Positions 38,378 to 47,651 of a stretch of 64,000 bases of DNA are shown here, piece by piece (the stretch's first letter is position 1; the number at the start of each line of letters is the position of its first letter). This stretch comes from Nocardioidaceae bacterium (GTDB lineage: Bacteria; Actinomycetota; Actinomycetes; Propionibacteriales; Nocardioidaceae): positions 1,290 to 65,289 of the forward strand of contig DATABY010000046.1 of the NCBI GenBank assembly GCA_036259355.1, in the 5' to 3' direction. Made by a program: the position numbers and the translations under genes. The notes under the pieces were generated by a model. The model did not search any database, was not told the DNA's origin, and saw only the letters and a program-made list of their open reading frames with translations.

Positions 38378-38566
38378 ATGGAGTTGCGAGTCGACAGGGA
38401 CCTGTGCGAGGCCAACGCGGTGTGCACCGGCATCGCGCCCGACGTCTTCGACCTCGATGACGAGGACGAACTGCAGATACTCCAGCCGCAGCCCCCGGAG
38501 GAGCTGCGCGAGCGGATCCAGCAGGCGGTGGCCGCATGCCCCAAGAACGCGTTGTCGTTGACTTGA
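38378..38566 (+). CDS. fdxD: Small [3Fe-4S]-type ferredoxin (FdxD-like, P450-partner type)
   Basis: 62 aa with VDRDLCEANAVCTGIAPDVFDLDDEDE and a distal ACPKNAL cysteine. SD GGGAGGAA upstream. Confidence 0.8.
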   Translation: MELRVDRDLCEANAVCTGIAPDVFDLDDEDELQILQPQPPEELRERIQQAVAACPKNALSLT

Positions 38567-38619
38567 GGCGTTTCGTCCCGAGCGCGCCTCGATGCGGAGA
38601 CCGGACCCTTGTCCCGAAT

Positions 38620-38633
38620 CGGAACACGTTCTA
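38620..38633. promoter_or_regulatory. KstR-type operator CGGAACACGTTCTA upstream of yrbE4A
   Basis: 13/14 match to TnnAACnnGTTnnA. It sits between a -35-like TTGTCC (38609-38614) and a -10-like TAGTCT (38632-37). Confidence 0.62.
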
Positions 38634-38712
38634 GTCTCATGCGTCGCCGTGGATCACACAGGCGAAGTTCGTCACCGGTGCAGACCGGGTAGAAGACCGA
38701 CCGCTCGAGGAG

Positions 38713-39495
38713 GTGGGTGGCGTGGCCAATGTGGCGACGAGCGCGCTGCGCTTCTCCGGAGAGTTCGCGGCGATGGCGGTCGACGTCACCAAGGCCATGC
38801 CGAGGCGGCCGTTCCAGTGGCGTGAGTGCGTGGAGCAGGCGTGGTTCATCGCCAGCGTCACGATCATGCCGACGATCCTGGTCTCGATCCCCTTCGGGGC
38901 GGTCATCTCGCTCCAGGTGGGCCAGCTCACCGGCCAGCTCGGTGCCCAGTCGTTCGCCGGGGCCTCCGCGGTGCTGGCCGTCGTACGGGAGGCGGCCCCG
39001 ATCGCGGCGGCACTGCTGATCGCCGGAGCCGCCGGATCGGCCATCTGTGCCGACCTGGGCTCGCGCACCATCCGCGAAGAGATCGCCGCGATGGAAGTGC
39101 TCGGGGTCAACCCGATCGCCAGGCTCGTGGTGCCGCGGGTGTTCGCGGCGATGTTCGTCGCCTTCTGGCTCAACGGACTGGTGATCGCGGCCGGCATCGC
39201 CGGCGGCTACTTCTTCCATGTCGTGATCCAGAACGGCTCGGCCGGCGCCTACCTGTCCTCGTTCACCGCGCTCGCCACGATGCCCGACCTGTACGTCAGC
39301 CTGATCAAGTCGGTCGTCTTCGCGTGGCTCGCCGCGATCATGGGCTCGTACAAGGGCCTGACCGCCGGCGGCGGACCCAAGGGCGTCGGGCAGGCCGTCA
39401 ACGAGTCGGTGATCGCCTCGTTCATGTTGCTGTTCATGTTCAACGCGATCGCCAGCGCCATCTACTTCCAGGTCATCCCACAGCGGGGCCTGTGA
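38713..39495 (+). CDS. yrbE4A: Mce-system permease YrbE4A (MlaE family)
   Basis: 260-aa polytopic protein with EEIAAMEVLGVNP (MlaE signature). First gene of the mce operon. Confidence 0.85.
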   Translation: MGGVANVATSALRFSGEFAAMAVDVTKAMPRRPFQWRECVEQAWFIASVTIMPTILVSIPFGAVISLQVGQLTGQLGAQSFAGASAVLAVVREAAPIAAALLIAGAAGSAICADLGSRTIREEIAAMEVLGVNPIARLVVPRVFAAMFVAFWLNGLVIAAGIAGGYFFHVVIQNGSAGAYLSSFTALATMPDLYVSLIKSVVFAWLAAIMGSYKGLTAGGGPKGVGQAVNESVIASFMLLFMFNAIASAIYFQVIPQRGL

Positions 39496-40364
39496 TGGCG
39501 TCGAGCACGACCGTGGGTGGCGCGGCGCGCAAACCGGTGGTACCGGTCCGGCGGCTGGTGGACGGCCCGCGCGGCAAGCTCGAGCAGCTCGGCGACCAGC
39601 TGGTCTTCTACGTCAAGGCGCTCGCCTGGGCGCCGTACTCCGTCAAGAACTACGGGCGCGAGATCCTGCGGCTGGTCGCCGACATCTCGTTCGGCACGGG
39701 CGGCTTGGCGATGATCGCCGGCAGCGTCGGCGTCATCGCGTTCCTCGCCTTCTTCGCCGGCACCGAGGTCGGCATCCAGGGCTACGCGTCGCTCAGCCAG
39801 ATCGGGGTCTCCAAGTTCACCGCGTTCATCTCGGCGTACTTCAACACCCGTGAGGTGGCTCCGCTGGTGTCGGCGATCGCGCTCGCGGCCACGGTCGGCG
39901 CGGGCTTCACCACGCAGCTCGGCGCGATGCGCATCAGCGAAGAGGTGGACGCGCTGGAGGTGATGGCGGTCCCGACGCTGCCCTATCTGGTGACCACGCG
40001 GATGATCGCCGGCTTCATCTCGGTGATCCCCCTCTACATCGTCGCGCTGTTCGCCTCCTACCTGGCGCCTCGGCTGATCACCACCCAGATCTACGGCCAG
40101 TCCGCCGGCACCTACGACCACTACTTCATCGAGTTCCTCCCGCCCATCGACGTGCTGTGGTCGTTCGGCAAGCTGTTCGTGCTCGCCGTCGCGATCATCC
40201 TGATCCACTGCTACCACGGCTTCACGGCCTCGGGCGGTCCCGCGGGCGTCGGTGTCGCCGTCGGCCGGGCCATCCGCACGTCCATCGTCACGGTGATCGT
40301 CGCCGACTTCTTCCTCAGCTTCGCCATCTGGGGCTCCACCACGACCGTCCGGATCACGGGCTAG
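39495..40364 (+). CDS. yrbE4B: Mce-system permease YrbE4B (MlaE family)
   Basis: EEVDALEVMAVP signature. Start overlaps the yrbE4A stop (TGATG). Confidence 0.85.
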   Translation: MASSTTVGGAARKPVVPVRRLVDGPRGKLEQLGDQLVFYVKALAWAPYSVKNYGREILRLVADISFGTGGLAMIAGSVGVIAFLAFFAGTEVGIQGYASLSQIGVSKFTAFISAYFNTREVAPLVSAIALAATVGAGFTTQLGAMRISEEVDALEVMAVPTLPYLVTTRMIAGFISVIPLYIVALFASYLAPRLITTQIYGQSAGTYDHYFIEFLPPIDVLWSFGKLFVLAVAIILIHCYHGFTASGGPAGVGVAVGRAIRTSIVTVIVADFFLSFAIWGSTTTVRITG

Positions 40365-40378
40365 GCAGTGACGAGCCG

Positions 40379-41701
40379 ATGCTGATGTCCGTGCGCCGCG
40401 ACACCGCAGGTGAGCACCTGCGACTGATGGTGTGCGGTGTCGTGCTGTTGGCCATCGTCTCCGGCTTGATCGGGCTGTCCATCGCCCGCTACCTGAAGGT
40501 CTTCGAGCCGGGCGTGATGGTGACGCTGCGGGCCGACGAGGCAGGCCTGATGCTGCCCAGGTACGGCGACGTGCGGCTGCACGGCGTGCTCGTCGGCCAG
40601 ATCCGCGAGATCAGCCATACCGGCAAGCAGGCGCTGATCGAGATCGCCATCCAGCCCGAACAGGCCGACGCGATCCCGGCCAACGTCGCGGTCGAGATCC
40701 TGCCCACCACACTGTTCGGGCAGAAGTACGTCTCGTTCGTCGATCCCCGTAACCCGTCCTCGGAGACGATCGCGGAGGGCGACGTGATCCCGCCGTCGCG
40801 GGTGCAGACGTCGACCGAGCTCAACCGCGTGCTCGCCAACCTGTTCGACCTGCTGCGCTCGGTCAAGCCGGCCGACCTGTCCTACACACTGAACGCGCTC
40901 GCCACCGCGCTCGAGGGCCGCGGCGACCAGATCGGCCGCTCGCTGGAGCAGCTGGGCAGCTACGTCACCGAGATCAACGAGCACATGCCGGCCATTCGGC
41001 GCGACATCAGGCTGTTCGCCGACGTGGCGGAGAACTACTCCGAGGTGATGCCCGACTTCATGCGGTTGCTCCGCAACGCCACCGTGACCGGGCGCACGAT
41101 CATCGACCAGCGCGGCCAGCTGAACGCGTTCTTCCGTGACGTGGCCGGGATGAGCGCGACGACCTCAGACTTCCTCAGAGCCAACGAGCACCGGCTCATC
41201 CGCCTCGGCGAGGTCGCGCGGCCCACGCTGGCACTGCTCGACACGTACTCGCCGCAGTATCCATGCCTGCTCAAGGGGATGCGCAAGTACGACAAGCTCC
41301 TGTCGGGCACCTTCTCCAACGGCCGGATCCACCAGTACTTCGAGATCGGTACCGACCAGGACCGCGGGTACGAGCCCCGGGACAAGCCGGTCTACGGGGA
41401 GACCGGTCACGGTCCCTGGTGCGCCGGCCTGCCCAACCCCGAGATCCCGGCTCCGCCGATCTCGTTCAAGGACGGCACCAACATCGACAACGAGCCCGAC
41501 AGCCGGCTGCCGGCGGACCTGCAGCCGTTCTTCGGTCCGTCCTCGTTCGACCCCACCAGCGGGTTCGCGGGCACCGAGGCCGAGCAGACCGTGGTCAACG
41601 CCCTGCTGACCGACGAGGCCGGCGTGCCGGTGGACGAGATCGGCGACGTGACCACGCTGCTCTACGGGCCGCTGGTGCGCGGGGAGGTGGTCGGCGGGTG
41701 A
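40379..41701 (+). CDS. mce4A: Mce family substrate-binding protein Mce4A
   Basis: N-terminal TM anchor, MCE/MlaD domain (VTLRADEAGLMLPRYGDVRLHGVLVGQIREI) and a long helical region. Confidence 0.8.
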   Translation: MLMSVRRDTAGEHLRLMVCGVVLLAIVSGLIGLSIARYLKVFEPGVMVTLRADEAGLMLPRYGDVRLHGVLVGQIREISHTGKQALIEIAIQPEQADAIPANVAVEILPTTLFGQKYVSFVDPRNPSSETIAEGDVIPPSRVQTSTELNRVLANLFDLLRSVKPADLSYTLNALATALEGRGDQIGRSLEQLGSYVTEINEHMPAIRRDIRLFADVAENYSEVMPDFMRLLRNATVTGRTIIDQRGQLNAFFRDVAGMSATTSDFLRANEHRLIRLGEVARPTLALLDTYSPQYPCLLKGMRKYDKLLSGTFSNGRIHQYFEIGTDQDRGYEPRDKPVYGETGHGPWCAGLPNPEIPAPPISFKDGTNIDNEPDSRLPADLQPFFGPSSFDPTSGFAGTEAEQTVVNALLTDEAGVPVDEIGDVTTLLYGPLVRGEVVGG

Positions 41702-42771
41702 ACTCGCGCAACCGCACCTTCGTCGCCGCGGCCGTGAAGGTGGCGATCTTCACGCTGACCTCCGCGGTCGTGACCACGACGCTGGTGCTGATCATGGGCA
41801 ACTTCGCGCTCGGCAGCACCCAGAGCTACAGCGCGCTGTTCGCCAACGCCAGCCAGCTGCAGGAGGGGGACGACGTCCGGGTCGCCGGTGTATCGGTGGG
41901 CCAGGTCGAGTCCGTTGACATCGAGGATCGCACCCGCGCGCGGGTGACGTTCTCGGTCGCCGACGACCTGCTCCTGACCAGCACCAGCCGTGCGGAGATC
42001 CGCTACCTCAACCTGGTCGGCAACCGCTATCTGGCGCTGACCCGGGGCAGCGGCGGCGGGACACCGCTGGAGGAGGATGCCACGATCCCGCAGGCGCGCA
42101 CCCAGCCGGCGCTCGACCTCACCGTGTTGTTCGACGGCTTCAAGCCGCTGTTCCACGCACTGGAGCCGTCACAGGTCAACCAGCTGTCGATGAACATCAT
42201 CCGCACGCTGCAGGGCGAGGGCGGCACGGTGCGCAGCCTGCTGGAGCACACCGCCTCGCTCACCAACCACATCGCCGACCGCGACGAGCTCATCGGCGAG
42301 GTCATCACCAACCTCAACGAGACCCTCGGCACCGTCACGCGGCGGCGCCGCCAGGTCGTGGAGCTGGTCGACCAGATGCAGCGCTGGGTGAGCGGACTCG
42401 CCGAGGAGCGCAGGACCATCGGCGCATCGCTGGGCAGTATCGAGTCGCTGACCACGGCCACCGCTGACCTGCTGCGCCAGGGCCGTCCGTACATCAAGAA
42501 GGACGTGGAGCACCTGCGGCGCGTGCTCGACACCCTCGCCGAACCCCAGAACCAGAAGTTCCTCGACGAGCTGCTGGACCGGCTCCCGGAGAAGCTCACC
42601 GACCAGGCGCGCACCGGCACCTACGGGTCCTGGTACCAGTACTACTTCTGCGACTTCAACGGCAGCATCATCCTGCCCGAGCTGCCGGGCGACATCGACG
42701 AGCAGTTGCAGCCACAGCTGAGGGACGTCAGCTTCTACAGCACCGCGGCGAGGTGTGACTCGGTCGAATGA
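41698..42771 (+). CDS. mce4B: Mce family protein Mce4B
   Basis: TM anchor plus MCE domain (ALFANASQLQEGDDVRVAGVSVGQVESV). GTGA coupling to mce4A. Confidence 0.8.
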   Translation: MNSRNRTFVAAAVKVAIFTLTSAVVTTTLVLIMGNFALGSTQSYSALFANASQLQEGDDVRVAGVSVGQVESVDIEDRTRARVTFSVADDLLLTSTSRAEIRYLNLVGNRYLALTRGSGGGTPLEEDATIPQARTQPALDLTVLFDGFKPLFHALEPSQVNQLSMNIIRTLQGEGGTVRSLLEHTASLTNHIADRDELIGEVITNLNETLGTVTRRRRQVVELVDQMQRWVSGLAEERRTIGASLGSIESLTTATADLLRQGRPYIKKDVEHLRRVLDTLAEPQNQKFLDELLDRLPEKLTDQARTGTYGSWYQYYFCDFNGSIILPELPGDIDEQLQPQLRDVSFYSTAARCDSVE

Positions 42772-43751
42772 GAAGCCTCACCGAACGCAACGTGATGCCC
42801 TACGGCGCCGCCGCGCTGGCGGTCCTGGTGGCGTTGCTGCTCGCGTCCTTCAACCTCAGCAAGATGCCCGGGTTCGCCGGCGACACCTACCAGGCGGCGT
42901 TCTCCGACGCCGGCGGGATCAAGCCCGGCGACGGCGTGCAGGTCGCCGGTGTCGACGTGGGACGGGTCGACGAGGTCGAGATCGACGGCGACCACGTGGT
43001 GGTGCACTTCGAGGTCACGGGGCCGGCGGAGTTCGGCCCCCGCAGTGGCGCGTCGGTCGAGGTGCTGAACCTGCTGGGCGAGAAGTACCTCGAGCTGCAC
43101 CCCGCCGGCGGCGGCCAGATGGAGGAGGACGCCACGATCCCGATGTCGCGGACGGAGTCGGCGTACGACATCGTGCACACCCTCGGCGACCTGACCTCAC
43201 GCACACAGCAGATCGACACCGACCAGCTGGCCGGCGCGCTGGACACGCTCAGCGACACCTTCCGCGGGTCGACCGACGAGGTCCGCGGGAGCCTGCAGGG
43301 CCTGTCCCGGCTGTCGCGCACGATCGCCGGCCGCGACGCCGAGCTGCAGACCCTGCTGGACCGTGCCCACGAGACCGCGCAGATCCTCGACTCGCGCAAG
43401 GGCCAGCTGACCACGCTGATGCGGGACGGCGAGATGCTGCTGGCCGAGCTGCGAGCGCGGCGGGAGGTCATCCACGGGCTGCTGGTCGGTGCCGACGAGC
43501 TGTCGCGCCAGCTGACCGGGCTGGTGCGGGAGAACGAGGACGAGCTGGAGCCGGCGCTGCGCCAGATCGAGACCGTGACGCAGCTGCTGCAGGACAACCG
43601 CCGGCAGATCGACGCGACCATCCGCGCGCTCGAGCCCTACGCGCTGATCCTCATGGACATCGTCGGTAGCGGCCCGTGGTTCGACGCCTGGCTCTACAAC
43701 GTGGGCGGCCCGGACTTCCAGCCGGGCCGGCCGCCCGAGGGCGAGCGGTGA
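42768..43751 (+). CDS. mce4C: Mce family protein Mce4C
   Basis: TM anchor plus MCE domain (AAFSDAGGIKPGDGVQVAGVDVGRVDEV). ATGA coupling. Confidence 0.8.
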   Translation: MRSLTERNVMPYGAAALAVLVALLLASFNLSKMPGFAGDTYQAAFSDAGGIKPGDGVQVAGVDVGRVDEVEIDGDHVVVHFEVTGPAEFGPRSGASVEVLNLLGEKYLELHPAGGGQMEEDATIPMSRTESAYDIVHTLGDLTSRTQQIDTDQLAGALDTLSDTFRGSTDEVRGSLQGLSRLSRTIAGRDAELQTLLDRAHETAQILDSRKGQLTTLMRDGEMLLAELRARREVIHGLLVGADELSRQLTGLVRENEDELEPALRQIETVTQLLQDNRRQIDATIRALEPYALILMDIVGSGPWFDAWLYNVGGPDFQPGRPPEGER

Positions 43752-44932
43752 GCGCGATGAACCCATCCGTGCAGCTGTGGACCAAGGTCATGGCCGTCCT
43801 GGCCGTGGTCGCGCTCGCCGTGGCGGGGTTCGTGGTGCTGCGCCCGGCCGCGGACATGAAGACGGTGACCGCACACTTCCCGCGCACGGTCAGCCTCTTC
43901 GAGGGCAACGAGGTGCGCATCCTCGGCGTGCCCGTCGGCACGGTCACCGCGATCGTGCCCGAGGGCAACTCCGTCCGTGTCGACATGGAGTACGACGCGG
44001 AGTACGACCTGCCCGCCGACGCCAAGGCGGTCATCGTCACCCCGACCCTGGTGGCCGACCGGTTCGTGCAGCTCACGCCCCCCTACTCGGGCGGTCCCGC
44101 GCTGGAGGACGGCGAGGACATCGGGCTGCGCGACACCGCCGTACCCGTCGAGCTCGACCAGGTCTACGAGGGACTGGACTCGCTGTCGGTCGCGCTCGGG
44201 CCCAACGGCGTCAACAGCGACGGCTCGCTGGCGGAGCTGCTGTCGGTCGGTGCCGACACGCTGGACGGGCAGGGTGCCGACGTCAACCGGATGATCGGCG
44301 ACCTGGCGCGGACCGTGGACACATTCAACCGCGGCAAGGGCGATCTGTTCGGGACCGTGCGGTCGCTGCAGCGGTTCACCACGCACCTGGCGGCGAACGA
44401 CAACCAGGTGCGCGACTTCATCGCGCTGATGGCCGACGTGTCCATCCAGCTGGAGGGCGAGCGCGAGGAGATCCGCCGGGCGTTGGCGAGCCTCGCCGTC
44501 GCGCTCGGCACGGTCGAGCGCTTCGTGCGCGAGAACAAGGGCATCATCGAGCGTGACGTCGCCAAGCTCGCCGACGTCAGCGGCATGCTGGCCCGGCACC
44601 ACGAGCTGCTCGGGACCCTGCTGGAGAAGGGTCCGCTCGGCCTCAACAACCTGATCCTGGCGTTCGACTCCTCCACCGGGTCCATCGGCTCCCGCCTGCA
44701 CATGGGTCCGACGGTGGACAACTTCCGCGGTCTGCTGTGCACCTGGATCTACGCCGCCGAGCTGCCTGACGCCAAGACCTCGTGCAACCTGGTCAAGCGC
44801 CTGCTCGCGCCGCTGGACCCCGTGTTCGACGGCGTCGCCGACGGGATCGAGGGCCGTAACAGCCCGATTCCGCTGCAGGGACGGCCCGGCAGCGGTCGCG
44901 GGCTGCGCGACCTGCTGGAGGGGCTGCGATGA
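43748..44932 (+). CDS. mce4D: Mce family protein Mce4D
   Basis: TM anchor plus MCE domain (AHFPRTVSLFEGNEVRILGVPVGTVTAI). GTGA coupling. ATG 43757 is an alternative start. Confidence 0.8.
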   Translation: MSAMNPSVQLWTKVMAVLAVVALAVAGFVVLRPAADMKTVTAHFPRTVSLFEGNEVRILGVPVGTVTAIVPEGNSVRVDMEYDAEYDLPADAKAVIVTPTLVADRFVQLTPPYSGGPALEDGEDIGLRDTAVPVELDQVYEGLDSLSVALGPNGVNSDGSLAELLSVGADTLDGQGADVNRMIGDLARTVDTFNRGKGDLFGTVRSLQRFTTHLAANDNQVRDFIALMADVSIQLEGEREEIRRALASLAVALGTVERFVRENKGIIERDVAKLADVSGMLARHHELLGTLLEKGPLGLNNLILAFDSSTGSIGSRLHMGPTVDNFRGLLCTWIYAAELPDAKTSCNLVKRLLAPLDPVFDGVADGIEGRNSPIPLQGRPGSGRGLRDLLEGLR

Positions 44933-46383
44933 GCGGGTGCAGGGGACGGCGGACGGCCCGCTGGCGGCGGGCCGCGGTGGCCGGGGTCCTCGCGTCGCTG
45001 CTGAGCAGCGTGACGGCCTGTGACTTCGACGGTGCCTACGACCTGCCGCTGCCGTCCGGCGTCGAGCTCGGCGAGCAGCCGTTCGAGGTGACCGCGGAGT
45101 TCCGCGACGTCATCAGCCTCGTGCCCAAGTCGGAGGTGCGGGTCGACGACGTCGCCGTCGGCCAGGTCAGCGACGTGACGCGCGACGGTTGGCACGCCGA
45201 GGTGACTCTGCTGCTGCAGAAGGACGTGCGGCTGCCCGACAACGCGATCGCCGAGATCCGCCAGACCAGCCTGCTCGGGGAGAAGTACGTCGCACTCCAG
45301 CGCGGGCCGACCGCCCCGCAGGGACGCCTGTCCGACGGCGACCACATCACCCTGGCGAGCACTGGCCGCAACCCGGAGGTCGAGGAGGTCCTCGGCGCCC
45401 TCTCGCTGCTGCTGCACGGCGGAGGCATCGCCCAGCTCCAGACCATCTCCCGGGAGCTCAACGCGGTGATGAACGGCCGGCAGGACCGCATCGGAGTGGT
45501 GTTCCGCGAGCTCGACACGCTCGTCAGCAACCTCGATGACCAGCGCGAGCAGATCTTCCGCGCGATGGAGGGGCTGAACCGACTGTCCCGGACGCTGAAC
45601 GCCGAGAAGCGCACGTTCACGCGGGCGCTCGACACGATGGGGCCGGCACTGCGCATTCTCGCCGACCAGCGCGACCAGCTCGTGCGGATGCTCGAGGGCA
45701 TGTCCGAGCTCGGCCGGGTCGGCACCCGGGTCATCAACCGCACGAGCGACAACACCCTGGCCGCGCTGCGCCACCTGCAGCCGATCCTGAACGGGCTGGC
45801 GAAGGCCGGCGACGCGTTGCCGCTCTCGACCGAGCTGCTCATCAGCTTTCCGTTCCCCGACGAGGCGCTCGAGGTCATCCACGGCGACTTCGCCAACGCG
45901 TCCGGCCGGTTCAACCTCGACATCGAGGAGCTGTACTACAACTTCACCGGCGGCGACCGGCTGCCGCGGCTGCCCGACGTCAAGCTGCCCGACCTGCCGC
46001 TTCCGGGGCCGAACGGTCCGAAGCTGCCGAGCCGGCCTGACCGCCCGCGGCTCCCGGCACCCGACCTGCCCACACCCGACCTGCCGACGCCGACGGTGCC
46101 GGGTGCGCGCGAGCTCCGCCGCCTGTGCGAGCAGGTCACCGGGCCACTGCGTGCCCTGCCACGCGCGCTGCGCGGGCCGTGCTCCTCGCCGCAGGACCTC
46201 GACCGCCGGCAGGTGCGCCGGTCGCTGCGGCTGGTGTGCGCGCTGCCGACGCTGCCGAGCTCGCCGCTGGCGATCAGGGTGTGTGGCCGGCAGCGGTCCG
46301 GCGACGGTGGCGGCCTGCTCGACGGGCTTCCCGGCGGTGCGGTGGGCGACCAGGGCGGGCTGCTCTCGGGAGGGCTCGGATGA
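44929..46383 (+). CDS. mce4E: Mce family lipoprotein Mce4E (LprN-like) with Pro-rich and Cys-containing C-terminal tail
   Basis: Lipobox LLSSVTAC, MCE domain (AEFRDVISLVPKSEVRVDDVAVGQVSDV). ATGA coupling. Confidence 0.8.
   Translation: MSGCRGRRTARWRRAAVAGVLASLLSSVTACDFDGAYDLPLPSGVELGEQPFEVTAEFRDVISLVPKSEVRVDDVAVGQVSDVTRDGWHAEVTLLLQKDVRLPDNAIAEIRQTSLLGEKYVALQRGPTAPQGRLSDGDHITLASTGRNPEVEEVLGALSLLLHGGGIAQLQTISRELNAVMNGRQDRIGVVFRELDTLVSNLDDQREQIFRAMEGLNRLSRTLNAEKRTFTRALDTMGPALRILADQRDQLVRMLEGMSELGRVGTRVINRTSDNTLAALRHLQPILNGLAKAGDALPLSTELLISFPFPDEALEVIHGDFANASGRFNLDIEELYYNFTGGDRLPRLPDVKLPDLPLPGPNGPKLPSRPDRPRLPAPDLPTPDLPTPTVPGARELRRLCEQVTGPLRALPRALRGPCSSPQDLDRRQVRRSLRLVCALPTLPSSPLAIRVCGRQRSGDGGGLLDGLPGGAVGDQGGLLSGGLG
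46058..46087 (+). repeat. Tandem 15-bp repeat (CACCCGACCTGCCCA / CACCCGACCTGCCGA) encoding PDLPT-PDLPT in the mce4E tail
   Basis: Read directly. A third CCCGACCTGCC copy lies at ~45988. It is part of a Pro-rich segment spanning 45961-46100. Confidence 0.7.
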
Positions 46384-47651
46384 CACGCGCGGTCAAGATC
46401 CGGCTGATCGCCTTCGGCCTCCTGAGCGCCTTCGGCATCTTCTACGCCAGCGCCAACTACCTCGGCCTGGTCGACACGCTGCTCGACCGCGGCTACACGG
46501 TGGTCGCCGAGCTCGGCGACTCCGGCGGGCTGTACGTGGGCTCGGAGGTCACCTACCGCGGCGTGCCGATCGGCAACGTCGGCGAGATGGAGGTCACCCC
46601 CGACGGCGTCCGGGCCGACCTCGAGATCGAGGAGGGCTGGCAGGTCCCGGCGGGTACGCGCGCGGAGGTGCACAACGAGTCGGCGGTCGGGGAGCAGTAC
46701 ATCGACCTGCTTCCGGAGACAGCCAGCGCGCCGTACCTCGAGGACGGGAGCGTGATCCGGCAGGCGCAGACGGACACACCGCTGCCGGAGGAGAAGCTGC
46801 TCCTGCACGTCAACGACCTGCTCACGTCGGTGCCGCGCGACGACCTGCGCACGGTGGTCGACGAGCTCGGCAACGCGTTCGAGGGCACCGCACCGGAGCT
46901 GCAGCGGCTGATCGACGGCGGCACGTCGCTGATCGACACCGCCCACCGCAACCTGCCGCAGACTACCCGGCTGATCCTCGACGCCCAACGCGTGCTGGCC
47001 ACGCAGGACCAGCAGGCCGGCAACATCGCCACGCTCGCCGACAACCTCGCCGACCTCACGCAGACGCTGCGCAGCAGCGACGGGGACCTGCGCCGGGTCC
47101 TCCGGAACGGGGCCTCGGGGTCGCGCCAGATCCAGGACCTCGTCCGGCGGATCGGGCCCACCATGCCGGTGCTGCTGGAGAACTTCACCACGCTCGGCCA
47201 GGTCACGACGGTGCGGCTCCCCGCCGTGGAGCAGCTGCTCGTCGCGTTCCCGCGGGTGATCTCGAGCGGTTTCACCGGAACCACCCCGGACGGGTACGGT
47301 CACGTCAACCTGCAGTTCGCGCAGGACCCGCCGGTGTGTCGGGAGGGTTACCTGCCCGAACACATGTGGCGGAGCCCGATGGAGACCACCGACGGCGTGC
47401 TGCACGACGAGGTGCGCTGCGAGGAGCCACTGCCGACAACCCCGCGCGGCGCCAAGCACGCACCGAAGTTCGGGTCGCCTGACCCGGGCAGCACCAGCGC
47501 GAACCGCACGGCACCCTTCGCCGCCACCACCGGCGACGTGGTGACGCCGGATGGGCGACGGTTCACCGTTCGCGCCAACGGAGGGCAGCAGGAACTGTTC
47601 GGAGAGGACTCATGGCGATGGATGCTGATCGGCCCGCTGACGCGGAGGTGA
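46380..47651 (+). CDS. mce4F: Mce family protein Mce4F
   Basis: TM anchor plus MCE domain (AELGDSGGLYVGSEVTYRGVPIGNVGEM). ATGA coupling. Confidence 0.8.
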   Translation: MTRAVKIRLIAFGLLSAFGIFYASANYLGLVDTLLDRGYTVVAELGDSGGLYVGSEVTYRGVPIGNVGEMEVTPDGVRADLEIEEGWQVPAGTRAEVHNESAVGEQYIDLLPETASAPYLEDGSVIRQAQTDTPLPEEKLLLHVNDLLTSVPRDDLRTVVDELGNAFEGTAPELQRLIDGGTSLIDTAHRNLPQTTRLILDAQRVLATQDQQAGNIATLADNLADLTQTLRSSDGDLRRVLRNGASGSRQIQDLVRRIGPTMPVLLENFTTLGQVTTVRLPAVEQLLVAFPRVISSGFTGTTPDGYGHVNLQFAQDPPVCREGYLPEHMWRSPMETTDGVLHDEVRCEEPLPTTPRGAKHAPKFGSPDPGSTSANRTAPFAATTGDVVTPDGRRFTVRANGGQQELFGEDSWRWMLIGPLTRR

